64,000 nucleotides of DNA from Candidatus Shapirobacteria bacterium (GTDB taxonomy: Bacteria; Patescibacteriota; Microgenomatia; UBA12405; BS750m-G30). The position numbers and the translations under genes were made by a program. The notes beneath the pieces were generated by a model, which worked only from the letters and a program-made list of their open reading frames with translations, searched no databases and was not told where the DNA came from. Numbering within the stretch: position 1 is the first letter of the stretch; each line of letters begins with the position of its first letter. Positions 16,802 to 26,048 of this stretch are shown one piece after another. Location: positions 137,212-201,211 of the forward strand of contig JBDRHA010000007.1 of assembly GCA_043817235.1 (NCBI GenBank), in the 5' to 3' direction.

Positions 16802-18728
16802 TGGTCGAATTTTCTAAAACTGGCTGGTTAATTAAATTTAGCCATTCGATTGCTTTTTGGTTTTGAGGATCATACTCTATGCTTTTATACAAAGCTTCTT
16901 TAGCTTTATCAATTTCGTCAAGCTTAATATATATTTGACCTAAATTTAAATAAAGGCTGCTATTTTGCGGATCAATCTTTAAGCCTTCTTCAATTTCTTT
17001 TTGAGCAAGATCTATTTTCCCCTGATCAAAATAAATTGCGGCTAAATTTTGGTGAGATTGCCAAAGATTGGGGTTAAGCTCTAAAGCTTTTTGATAGCTT
17101 TGAGTAGCTAAATCTACCTGATTGATTTGTAGATAGATATTAGCTAGATTATGGTAAGCGTCAGCATAGTTGGGCTGAATTTCAATCGCTATTTTAAACT
17201 CTTTAATCGCTTTTTCAAAATCACCCTGCCGGCCGTAATAGTCACCTAAATTATTATGGTTTTGATGAGACGAGGGTGAAGTTTTGGCTGCTGCCAGCCA
17301 GAGAGTATCTTGGTTTTTCCAATCAGCATTACGCCTGACTGTGCGGGCTCCCAGGGCGATAATAATTAAGCCAAATAAAGTGAAAAGATAGGGCTTAAAC
17401 TTGTGGTTGTCAGCTATTTTTTTAAAAGTTATTGCAAAGGTGACAAAGACTCCTATTGAACCCAGATAGACATAGCGTTCGGCTACAATCCATGAGATTC
17501 CAAAAGGAAGAAGCATGGGCGAGAGGGAAATCAAAAAAAAGGATAGCCAGAAAAAAATTTGACGATGACGCTTATAAAAATAGAAAATTGTGACTATAAA
17601 TAAAAAGAAAAGAACGATTCTGACTAGATACTCTATTTGAGTAAAACTCATTTCTGAGTGGTAAAGGGTTAGCTTGTTTGGCCAGAAAATAAGCTCGAGA
17701 TAGGAAGTAACAGCTATTGAAGATAATTGGGCAAAATTTATTACTCGCTCTGAGTGGCTTTCACTTTGGGGGCGTTTTTGATAAAAATCGTTTTGTAAAG
17801 AAACAGTGTGGGTTTTGAATGGCCCTATAAGATAGATTGCCCAAGTAGCGCTAAGGATAAAAAAGGGAATGAGCTTTTTCCAATTATTCTTTATTTTTCC
17901 AAAAGAGATTTCATAAAAAAGAAGAATGCCGGGAAAGGCAATTACTTTTTCTGAAGTAGCCAGGGCCAGAAAGTAAAAGAAGAGGGACAAGAAATAGAAT
18001 TTTACTTTTTTATTATCAAAAAATAGGATATAAGCTGAAAAGGAAAGGAGAGCTAAAAATGCAGAATACGAATAATATCCGCTAGAAATCCAGGTGATCG
18101 ATTCAGTTAGGATTGGATGGACAGCAAAAATAGAGGCTGCCAGGAAAGAAATTTTTTTGCGCAAATCAAAGAGGTGGAGTAAAAAGTAAAGAATAAGAGT
18201 GGTTCCGGCATGAGAAAGAATGTTTACTATTCGGTAAAAGGCCGGTGTTCGGCCAAATATTTTATTAATCAAAAAACGAATGAGAGTGTTAAAAAAAGAA
18301 AACGGGTTGGAAAAAATGTGCTTTGCCTGGTCAAGATAAGGATTGTTCAGAACTCCATTAATATCGTCAGAAACAAAATCGTTATTAATGGAATTAATAT
18401 AGACAGCAAAAACTAAAAAGACTAAGCCAAGGAGAATCAGCCGGTTTTGATTAAACCATTTTTTCAGATCAGTCCTGTCAGATTTACCCTGTAAGGGAAT
18501 TGTTTTGGCAATAAATTGCTGATACTTTTTTTTACCCCAGCGTTTTTTTAAGTATTTTTCAATCTCTTCAACGGTTACCTCCAAATACGAAGCAATTTTT
18601 TCAATAGACTCTTTTTTAAAGTGTTTTTTAATGTATTTTTTCTGCCTGCTGGTTAAATTCATTAGAAATATTCTACTTTTAAACAGTGTCCTTTTCAATT
18701 GTGCAGTAGACTCGAAGGATTTCGTCAT
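16791..18728 (-). CDS. TPR-repeat membrane protein (TMTC/PMT-like; N-terminal polytopic domain plus C-terminal TPR array)
   Basis: About 10 TM helices are followed by at least 5 TPR repeats (YADAYHNLANIYLQINQVDLATQSYQKALELNPN...). The N-terminal ~70 aa contain an HTH-like segment SIEKIASYLEVTVEEIEKYL. An alternative start at MNLTSRQ (18662) would remove the 50-nt overlap with the upstream gene. Confidence 0.65.
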   Translation of the reverse strand: MTKSFESTAQLKRTLFKSRIFLMNLTSRQKKYIKKHFKKESIEKIASYLEVTVEEIEKYLKKRWGKKKYQQFIAKTIPLQGKSDRTDLKKWFNQNRLILLGLVFLVFAVYINSINNDFVSDDINGVLNNPYLDQAKHIFSNPFSFFNTLIRFLINKIFGRTPAFYRIVNILSHAGTTLILYFLLHLFDLRKKISFLAASIFAVHPILTESITWISSGYYSYSAFLALLSFSAYILFFDNKKVKFYFLSLFFYFLALATSEKVIAFPGILLFYEISFGKIKNNWKKLIPFFILSATWAIYLIGPFKTHTVSLQNDFYQKRPQSESHSERVINFAQLSSIAVTSYLELIFWPNKLTLYHSEMSFTQIEYLVRIVLFFLFIVTIFYFYKRHRQIFFWLSFFLISLSPMLLPFGISWIVAERYVYLGSIGVFVTFAITFKKIADNHKFKPYLFTLFGLIIIALGARTVRRNADWKNQDTLWLAAAKTSPSSHQNHNNLGDYYGRQGDFEKAIKEFKIAIEIQPNYADAYHNLANIYLQINQVDLATQSYQKALELNPNLWQSHQNLAAIYFDQGKIDLAQKEIEEGLKIDPQNSSLYLNLGQIYIKLDEIDKAKEALYKSIEYDPQNQKAIEWLNLINQPVLENSTNEE

Positions 18729-20247
18729 TAAGGCCTAAGGCCGAGAATATTTTAAAGGGAAGGAATAAAATTAACCCCTTTAAACTACTGAAAATACCTT
18801 TTTTAAAGCTAGTAGTTAAAACGGTGAAGGGGAGTTGGTGGAGAGCAAATCCTTTTTTTTCTATTTTAAAACCAGCTTGGTTAAGCAGGTTAATAATTTT
18901 TTGTTTGGTAAAAAAATTTAAATGAGCTTTGCTTTGATAAGCAAAATAATCTTTTCTTAAAAACCTTTCGGTTAAATTTCCAGTTAAAGGAATCTCAATT
19001 ATTAAAACTCCGTCTTTTTTTAAAAATCCCTTAGCTTTTCTTAAAACCTTTTCTGGATCTTTAGTGTGTTCCAAGAAATGAAAGGCGGTTACCACCTCAA
19101 ATTTTTTGCTTAGGTTTAAGTTTTCAATTGAGGAATGGATTATTTTTAAGTTTATTTTCGGCACTTGGTCAACTGCCAGGACGTTAAAGTTATTTTTAAG
19201 AGCTAGATTTAAAAATGAACCATCGCCACAGCCTAAATCTAATAAGCTAAGACTATTTTTTTTACTTAACAAGCTTGTTTTTAGGGAAACAAATCTTTTT
19301 AATTCCCAGAGTCGGAACTTGTCAAATGAGGTTTTAAGCTCCCTTTCAATGTTGGCTTTGAGAGATTTTAAGGTTAAAAACATTCGGGCTGGTTTAAAAG
19401 TGAGCAAGTCTTGGATTGCTAGGGCAAAAGAAATTAAAAGGAAGCCAGTGATTTTCAAAACCTTCTTAGGGCCTTTAAAGTTCTTGATTATTGTTCTGAG
19501 CCTATTTTTGCGAATATTAAAAAGTAATTCTTGGCTAGTAAGCTGGCTTTTGACGGTTAGTGAACCTTGATGGTAGATGATGCTTTTAGGGCAATACCAG
19601 CTTTGACCCCCCTGCTTTTTGGCTCTCAAGTTTAAGTCAATGTCTTCGTAGTGATATTTAAACCATTCATCAAAGCCACCTAGATTAAAGAAAAAATTTC
19701 TATCAATCAAAAAACAAGTACCGTTAGCGTAGTCGACGCGAACGCTTTGATCGTATTGACCAAGATCTTTTTCACCTCGACCTTTGCCAGAACCAAGGCC
19801 AAAGAAATTATAGTTGCCGCCAACATTATCAATTATTCTTTTTTTCTGAAAGAAAAGAATTTTTGGTTGAATAAGATATTTTTCCTTATTCTTAGTAAAA
19901 GCAATCAGCTCCTTTGCCCAATCTTTATCAACAATAGCATCACTATTTAGGAAAAAAAGTTTCTCGCCTTTTGAATAAAAAGCACCTAAGTTGCTTCCCC
20001 CGGCGAAAAACAAATTTTCTTTTGAGCGGATAATTTTTATTTTGTCAGAAACAAACTTGTTTACTTTTTTATTCTTACCGTATTTTCTTTTAATTAACTG
20101 GTAGCTGTTATCTGTGGAACCATTTTCAATCAGAATTATTTCAAAGTTAGGATAATCTGTTTTTAAGACAGAATTAACGCAGGAGCAAATGAAGTCTTCT
20201 CCGTTATAGTTGAGAATTATGATGGAGACGAGTGGTTGTTTAGACAT
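18679..20247 (-). CDS. bifunctional glycosyltransferase family 2 / class-I SAM methyltransferase fusion
   Basis: The N-terminus LVSIIILNYNGEDFICSCVNSV...EIILIENGSTDNS is GT2. The C-terminus LDLGCGDGSFLNLA...FEVVTAFHFLEHTKDPEKVL carries MT motifs I and post-I. Confidence 0.7.
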   Translation of the reverse strand: MSKQPLVSIIILNYNGEDFICSCVNSVLKTDYPNFEIILIENGSTDNSYQLIKRKYGKNKKVNKFVSDKIKIIRSKENLFFAGGSNLGAFYSKGEKLFFLNSDAIVDKDWAKELIAFTKNKEKYLIQPKILFFQKKRIIDNVGGNYNFFGLGSGKGRGEKDLGQYDQSVRVDYANGTCFLIDRNFFFNLGGFDEWFKYHYEDIDLNLRAKKQGGQSWYCPKSIIYHQGSLTVKSQLTSQELLFNIRKNRLRTIIKNFKGPKKVLKITGFLLISFALAIQDLLTFKPARMFLTLKSLKANIERELKTSFDKFRLWELKRFVSLKTSLLSKKNSLSLLDLGCGDGSFLNLALKNNFNVLAVDQVPKINLKIIHSSIENLNLSKKFEVVTAFHFLEHTKDPEKVLRKAKGFLKKDGVLIIEIPLTGNLTERFLRKDYFAYQSKAHLNFFTKQKIINLLNQAGFKIEKKGFALHQLPFTVLTTSFKKGIFSSLKGLILFLPFKIFSALGLNDEILRVYCTIEKDTV

Positions 20248-21250
20248 TTTTAAACCATGTCAGTCCTTTGGTTAAAATTGTTTTAAAGCTGGCCTCGCCC
20301 CGGATAATTTGCTTAGCAGAGTTGTTCTTGTTCTTATATAAATTTATCTGAGCCCTTTTTTTAATTATTTTGCGGAGGCTGATAATGTTCCAAAATAGAC
20401 CTTGATAGATGTAAAAGGCCATTTTCAATCTTTTTTGGAAAATTAGTTTTAAGCTTAAAGCTAACCATCCCAAAATATGAAGAGGCAGCATCCAAATGAT
20501 TATTTCCAAAGGAGCATTTTTAAGGATATTCTGAGTATTATTTTTGGCTCCTTGGTAAAAAATTCGGTATTTGGTTTTTTTATTTAGACTGCTTTTTTGA
20601 AAATGATAAACTTTCGCTTTTGGGAAATAGATAATTTTGTAACCAGCCAGCCAAACGCGCCAACTAAGATCAGTTTCTTCTCCGTAAATAAAATAATCTT
20701 TATCAAAGCCGCCAATTATTTGAAAAATTTTTTTTCTGACAGCCATGCCAGCGCTTCGTGCTCCAAAAATTAATTTTTCTTGCTGATTTTTATTTTCATT
20801 TTCTCCAACTCTAACTTCATAGGGAAAACCAAGGAAGCTTAAAAAATGTCCAGCCGTTTCTATTCGTCTGCTTTTGCTCTTCATTAATTTAGCTTGAAGA
20901 GCGCCAATATTTTGATCTTTTTGGAATTTTTTAACTACTTGGTCAAAGCAACTCTTTTCAGTTTCTGTATCTGCGTCTAGAAAAAATAAATACTGACCTC
21001 GAGTTTTACTAGCGCCAAAATTTCTCGCATTTGCCGGACCTTTGTTCTTTTTTAAGCGAAATATTTTAATTTGAGAGAAAGATTGGTATTTTTTTAAAAT
21101 TTCGGGCGTGTTGTCTGTTGAGCAATCGTCAACAATGATTAATTCGTAATTTTTGTAAGTTGATTTTAAAATTGAATCAAGACACTTATTAAGGTATTTT
21201 TGGCTATTAAAGCAGGGGATAATAACTGAAAGATTAGGTTTTTTTTTCAT
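20240..21250 (-). CDS. glycosyltransferase family 2
   Basis: Contains LSVIIPCFNSQKYLNKCLDSI...ELIIVDDCSTDNT...FLDADT. Confidence 0.75.
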   Translation of the reverse strand: MKKKPNLSVIIPCFNSQKYLNKCLDSILKSTYKNYELIIVDDCSTDNTPEILKKYQSFSQIKIFRLKKNKGPANARNFGASKTRGQYLFFLDADTETEKSCFDQVVKKFQKDQNIGALQAKLMKSKSRRIETAGHFLSFLGFPYEVRVGENENKNQQEKLIFGARSAGMAVRKKIFQIIGGFDKDYFIYGEETDLSWRVWLAGYKIIYFPKAKVYHFQKSSLNKKTKYRIFYQGAKNNTQNILKNAPLEIIIWMLPLHILGWLALSLKLIFQKRLKMAFYIYQGLFWNIISLRKIIKKRAQINLYKNKNNSAKQIIRGEASFKTILTKGLTWFKNV

Positions 21251-22305
21251 TAGAAGGGTTGATTGGTTAAATAACTAAAGGCTTTGCCTAAATACCAGTT
21301 TAAACTTCTTTTTATTAAAACCTTGTCTAGCCAAAGATTGTCCTGATAGTATTTTTGCCCTAATTTGGCTATTAGGTTTTTTCTTTTATGATAGAGTATT
21401 TTTGGGTGAGCAATTAACCAACCAAAAGCCTTTAAAACTGCTTTAGCCCTAGGCCAGTCAAATTTAAGCAAGAAAGATAGCAGTAAAGCTAGCCAAACAA
21501 AAACGATAGCCAAAAGCATTTTAACGAGATGTGTTTTGGAGGCATTTTTGATAATGATGATTATTTGATTGCGACAACCCTGATGAGTGATCCAGGTAGC
21601 GTGAGTTTTAGAGACTTTTTTATCCTTAGTGCCGTAAGCATGCCAGACTTTTCCCAAGGGTAAAAAGACTACCCGGAAACCCGTTTTCCAAACCCGCCAG
21701 CAAAAATCTGGTTCTTCCCAGTACATAAAAATTTCTTTGTCAAAGCCCCCGGCTCTATCAAAAGCATTTTTTCTAATAATCATCGCTGCGGTTTTACCGC
21801 TAAAAATATCTTCTACGCGATTAAATTGACCAAGGTCTTTGGCGCCCCTGGCTCTTTCTGATAAAAAACCAAACTGAGTTATTTTTTCCCCGGCACAATC
21901 ATAGTTATTAGTTCCCATTTTGATAATTTTTAATTGGGCAACTCCAATTTTAGGATGCTTTTCTAAATATTTTAAGGATTTACCTAGCCAGTCAGGGCCA
22001 ACTATGGTATCGTAGTCTAAAATTACTAAATAGTGCCCCAAGCTATTTTGGCGACCGATATTTCGTGCTTCAGCTGGACCGACATTCTTTTTTAGAGCAA
22101 TTACTTTTAAGTTTTTTCTTTTTTTCTCTTGTTTTTTTAAAAGTTTTACACTTTTATCCGTTGAGCCGTTGTCAATTACAACCACTTCAAAAGAAATCTT
22201 TGTTTCCTGATAAATTGATCCCAAGCATTTATTAATAAACTTTTCTCCGTTAAAATTAGGAATAATAATGGAAACTAACGGTAGCTTACTTTTTGATTTT
22301 GACAT
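21250..22305 (-). CDS. glycosyltransferase family 2
   Basis: Contains LVSIIIPNFNGEKFINKCL...EVVVIDNGSTDKS...ILDYDT. Confidence 0.75.
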   Translation of the reverse strand: MSKSKSKLPLVSIIIPNFNGEKFINKCLGSIYQETKISFEVVVIDNGSTDKSVKLLKKQEKKRKNLKVIALKKNVGPAEARNIGRQNSLGHYLVILDYDTIVGPDWLGKSLKYLEKHPKIGVAQLKIIKMGTNNYDCAGEKITQFGFLSERARGAKDLGQFNRVEDIFSGKTAAMIIRKNAFDRAGGFDKEIFMYWEEPDFCWRVWKTGFRVVFLPLGKVWHAYGTKDKKVSKTHATWITHQGCRNQIIIIIKNASKTHLVKMLLAIVFVWLALLLSFLLKFDWPRAKAVLKAFGWLIAHPKILYHKRKNLIAKLGQKYYQDNLWLDKVLIKRSLNWYLGKAFSYLTNQPF

Positions 22306-23263
22306 ATTTTAAGCCGGTGATTGTTCCTGCCCAGCCTCCTAGCCAATTAATATTTTTAGTGCTGATTGCTTTATAAGTCCAATAAAAATTTAGAAAGACA
22401 AGGTAGAGGATAAACTTAAATAAATAACCAGAGCAAGGTTTAAAAATATGGCGAAAGTAAAATTTAAAGAAGTTTTCCATCCTTTGCTTGGCCTTGGTTC
22501 TTTTTGAAAAAACTCCGCCTTGGGAAATATTGTGAGCTACTTTTATCTTGGGATTAAAAACTAAACGATAGCCTAATTCTTTAACTCTCATTGCCAAATC
22601 AAGCTCACACCATTCGGCCACAGCCTTATAGCCGTAGTCATATCCCCCTACCCTAGAAACTAATTCCTTTTTAAGAGTCATATTGCAGGCTTCTAAATAA
22701 TCAACTTCTTTTAGGCCCTTAACTTTTAAGCTGGAGGGAAAGTTGGACCCTGGGGTCCAAGCTCCACTTTTTAAAATTCTACCTACTTCATACTTTTTTC
22801 CTTCTAAAAAGAATTTATCCCAAATGAAACTAATAATTTTTAAAAACCCGGCTTGGCTGTACAGGAAAAAAACATCTCTGTTTTTAAGCAAGTTTTTAGG
22901 AACTAAAGTTGGACCAGTTGCTCCGGCAATTTTTTTGTCCTTTTTAAAAGTATTGATTATTGATTTAGCCCAATCTGGGGAAACAACTACATCATCATCA
23001 ATCCAGGAAATAAGCCTTCCTTGAGCCTTTCTCCATCCTTGATCTCTGACCTTGGCCAACTCTTTTTCTTTATAAGTAACTGTTTTAATTGATAGTTTCT
23101 TTGTGTAGCTGGAGATTACTTCCTTTGTTTTATCAGTTGAGCCGCCATCAACAATAATTACCTCAAAATTTTTAAAAGTTTGGGCGGCTAGACTTTTAAG
23201 GCAATGTTCTAAGCTTGAGGCTCTGCTAAGGGTGCAAATAATGACTGAAAGTGGTGGTTTCAT
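22286..23263 (-). CDS. glycosyltransferase family 2
   Basis: Contains LSVIICTLSRASSLEHCLKSL...EVIIVDGGSTDKT...WIDDDVV. Confidence 0.75.
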   Translation of the reverse strand: MKPPLSVIICTLSRASSLEHCLKSLAAQTFKNFEVIIVDGGSTDKTKEVISSYTKKLSIKTVTYKEKELAKVRDQGWRKAQGRLISWIDDDVVVSPDWAKSIINTFKKDKKIAGATGPTLVPKNLLKNRDVFFLYSQAGFLKIISFIWDKFFLEGKKYEVGRILKSGAWTPGSNFPSSLKVKGLKEVDYLEACNMTLKKELVSRVGGYDYGYKAVAEWCELDLAMRVKELGYRLVFNPKIKVAHNISQGGVFSKRTKAKQRMENFFKFYFRHIFKPCSGYLFKFILYLVFLNFYWTYKAISTKNINWLGGWAGTITGLKYVKIKK

Positions 23264-23278
23264 AGTATACTTTAGCTA

Positions 23279-24304
23279 ATGCTTGATCTTATTATACGAA
23301 AAATTAAACTTTTTTACTCTTCTTGCTCAGAGTTTGATTTTTTGTTTGACAAAATTGCCAACTCAGATTTATATTGTGGGTTGGTTAAAAACAAGATTAG
23401 TTTTCAGAAAAACAAAGATAAAAAAGGATTATTTAATTTGGCAATAGAGACAAGCAGTATTTGTAATGCTGCTTGTCTAATGTGTCCCCATCAGTCTATG
23501 GTTCGGTCTAAAAAGATTATGGATGATCAGATTTTTGACAAAGTTATAAAAAGACTTAAGAAGGAGGATATTCCTATTAATAAAATATTTTTAAGTGGAA
23601 TGGGAGAGCCACTGGCTGATGGAAAAATAATTGAGCGAATAAAGGCTCTTAAAAAGATGGGTTATTTGGTTAAGCTTTACACCAATGCTTCATTGCTCAC
23701 TAAAGCTGTTTCTGAAAAACTAGTAAGACTTGGTCTCAATGAGGCTAATATTAGCTTTAATGCGGCTAGCAAAAAGCAATATTTAAAAGTGATGGGTTTA
23801 AATTTTAGCCAGGTAGTAAAAAATATTGAGAATTTGACTAGAGCCAAAAAAAGAATTGGGTCTGATTTGCCCAAAATTAGAATTTCTTTAATTGCGATCA
23901 AAGATAATGAGAGGGATATTGATAGATTTGTGAAAAAATGGTCGGGCCTAGTTGATTCAGTTACGGTTTCTAAGCCCCATGAGTGGGGAGGGAAAGTAAA
24001 AATAGTTTCTGACCATGAGTTTAAAAAGCAGGGGATAACATACCCCTGCCGTTCTCTTTGGCACACAGTTGTTATTGATAGCAGTGGGAATTTTGTGATT
24101 TGCTGTCGCGATTATGAATCTAAGCTTAAATTGGGAAATATTATGACCAATTCCTTTGGTGATATTTTTAAGAGTCCAATTTTAAAACGTTTCCGACAGC
24201 TTCATCTTGAATTTAAAAAAGAAAAACTGCCACAGATTTGCCAAGGGTGTAACTTTCCTTATCAGAACGGAGTTGAGTGGTTTATGCCCAGAAGCCTAGA
24301 TTAG
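23279..24304 (+). CDS. radical SAM protein with C-terminal SPASM/twitch-like Cys-rich domain
   Basis: CNAACLMC (CX3CX2C) near the N-terminus is followed by GMGEPL (SAM-binding glycine motif). The C-terminal Cys cluster is CRSLWH...ICCRDYE...CQGCNF. Confidence 0.7.
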   Translation: MLDLIIRKIKLFYSSCSEFDFLFDKIANSDLYCGLVKNKISFQKNKDKKGLFNLAIETSSICNAACLMCPHQSMVRSKKIMDDQIFDKVIKRLKKEDIPINKIFLSGMGEPLADGKIIERIKALKKMGYLVKLYTNASLLTKAVSEKLVRLGLNEANISFNAASKKQYLKVMGLNFSQVVKNIENLTRAKKRIGSDLPKIRISLIAIKDNERDIDRFVKKWSGLVDSVTVSKPHEWGGKVKIVSDHEFKKQGITYPCRSLWHTVVIDSSGNFVICCRDYESKLKLGNIMTNSFGDIFKSPILKRFRQLHLEFKKEKLPQICQGCNFPYQNGVEWFMPRSLD

Positions 24305-24305
24305 C

Positions 24306-24986
24306 ATGAATAACAAATTTTTCTATTTAGGAAAGACTCCCTATAGTTACGATTGGTACCATTTACTCAGTAGCTATAAAAAGATTGTTCGTCCTCAAGA
24401 TTGGATTTTGGAAATTGGAAGCTCTAATCTTCAAAAAACCAAGCAGTTGGTTGCTTATTGTCATGGCTTAATAGGTTTAGAAAAATATAAAAAGCGCATG
24501 CCGAAAAACTTGGAACTTAGAGGTTTAAATATAAGCAAGTTTGGTTCGGGCGAATTAAAAGTAATAAATGGAGATTGGCATAATTTGACTAAAATTTTTA
24601 AGAACCGTAAATTTGATCTGGTTGTTGCCTCACATGTTATTGAGCATGTTGAGGATGATTTGGTGTGCTTGAATAAAGCTTTTGCAGTGTTGAAAAAGGG
24701 TGGGTATTTCTTGTTTACGACTCCAAACAGGCTTAGGCTTTTTGAAAGACTAAGAAGCGTTTTTAAGGGTGAGAGAAAATTTCCCTATCATGAGCATTTA
24801 AGGGAATATAACAAAGAGGATATTGAGGATCTTATACTAAGATCTAAGCTTTGCAAATCCAAGACCAGCATTACTGGATTTGTTTTTGGAATTCACACCG
24901 GACCTTTTTATATGTTCCTGAAACATGTGCCAAATTTTTTAAAACAGTGGACTAATTTTTGGGAAGTAATTATTCAAAAAAGTTAA
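24306..24986 (+). CDS. class I SAM-dependent methyltransferase
   Basis: Contains ILEIGSSNL (motif I-like) and DLVVASHVIEHVEDD...LKKGGYFLFTTPN. Confidence 0.65.
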   Translation: MNNKFFYLGKTPYSYDWYHLLSSYKKIVRPQDWILEIGSSNLQKTKQLVAYCHGLIGLEKYKKRMPKNLELRGLNISKFGSGELKVINGDWHNLTKIFKNRKFDLVVASHVIEHVEDDLVCLNKAFAVLKKGGYFLFTTPNRLRLFERLRSVFKGERKFPYHEHLREYNKEDIEDLILRSKLCKSKTSITGFVFGIHTGPFYMFLKHVPNFLKQWTNFWEVIIQKS

Positions 24987-26020
24987 CTTTTCCCTAATCC
25001 CTTTTTAATTCCGAGCCAGTTCCAAAATTGCCAGTTAAGGACCGAAAGAAAATAAATCCAAAAGATTAGAAAGCAGACAATGGGGTGTAGAAACCAAGCT
25101 AGGTCAGGGACCTTTAAATGCCCTTTTACTGCTAGAAGCAGGGGATTGATTAAGGTTAGAGAATATAAAGAATAGCTAATAATCTTTTTTCTATCCCTTT
25201 CTTTATTGTAAAGAAAATATCTTCTTTTGCTTAAATTATGTAAATATAGATTTTCCATATACTTTTTTCTTTTTTTGAAAAAATGGATGAGTCTTTCTCC
25301 ACTCGCGTGAATAACATCATTTTTAACTACCACGTATTTATTGCGTTGTTTATTAATTAAATCATAATTAACATCAATGTGAAAAAAACTATCTTGATCA
25401 ATCTTGGCCTTAAGCAGTAATTCTCTTTTAATCAAAAATCCATTAGCGCCGACCGTGGGCAAGTTATTTTTATTAAACTCGACCAGAAAATATTCCCCCT
25501 TGTCTTCAGCCTTACCAGCTAAAGTCCACTGAGAAGATAGATAAGATTGGCGATCAACTCGGTTTAAAAAATAAGCGACCGGATCATTAGCCCCTAAAAG
25601 AGAAAAATATCTATTTAAAATTTTGTCTTTTTTTCGGTGGGTGTAGTGCCAGGTGTAACAGCCAATTGCCTGGGGTTCTTTTTCTAAAAAATAAACCATT
25701 GTTTGCAGCCAGTTTTTGTTAGGTAAAATATTGTCGTCATCTATCTCCAGAATAATTTCGTTTTTAGCCTTAGCCAGAGCAAAGGATTTAGCTCCTTCCG
25801 GGCTTCTGGTGTTTTCGGGAACAACAATCCCGCCATATTTTTTAATAGTCTTGACTGTTTCATCGGTTGATCCCCCGTCAGCAGAGATGATTTCTATTTT
25901 TTTCTGGTCGTAGTTTTGGCTGCGAATACTGGCCAAAGCCTTTTTTAAAATAGGGCCGCTGTTAAGAGTAGCCATGACCACGCTAATACTTTTCATAGCC
26001 CAATTATACATCGTTAGCAA
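24983..26020 (-). CDS. glycosyltransferase family 2
   Basis: Contains ISVVMATLNSGPILKKALASI...IEIISADGGSTDET...IDDDN. Confidence 0.7.
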   Translation of the reverse strand: MLTMYNWAMKSISVVMATLNSGPILKKALASIRSQNYDQKKIEIISADGGSTDETVKTIKKYGGIVVPENTRSPEGAKSFALAKAKNEIILEIDDDNILPNKNWLQTMVYFLEKEPQAIGCYTWHYTHRKKDKILNRYFSLLGANDPVAYFLNRVDRQSYLSSQWTLAGKAEDKGEYFLVEFNKNNLPTVGANGFLIKRELLLKAKIDQDSFFHIDVNYDLINKQRNKYVVVKNDVIHASGERLIHFFKKRKKYMENLYLHNLSKRRYFLYNKERDRKKIISYSLYSLTLINPLLLAVKGHLKVPDLAWFLHPIVCFLIFWIYFLSVLNWQFWNWLGIKKGLGKS

Positions 26021-26034
26021 GTAAACTTTTATGC

Positions 26035-26040
26035 TAGAAT
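26035..26040 (+). promoter_or_regulatory. extended -10 element (TGcTAGAAT) 9 nt upstream of the ATG at 26049, possibly giving a leaderless mRNA
   Basis: The sequence tgcTAGAAT lies in the 28-bp divergent intergenic region. Confidence 0.3.
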
Positions 26041-26048
26041 AGCAAAAG

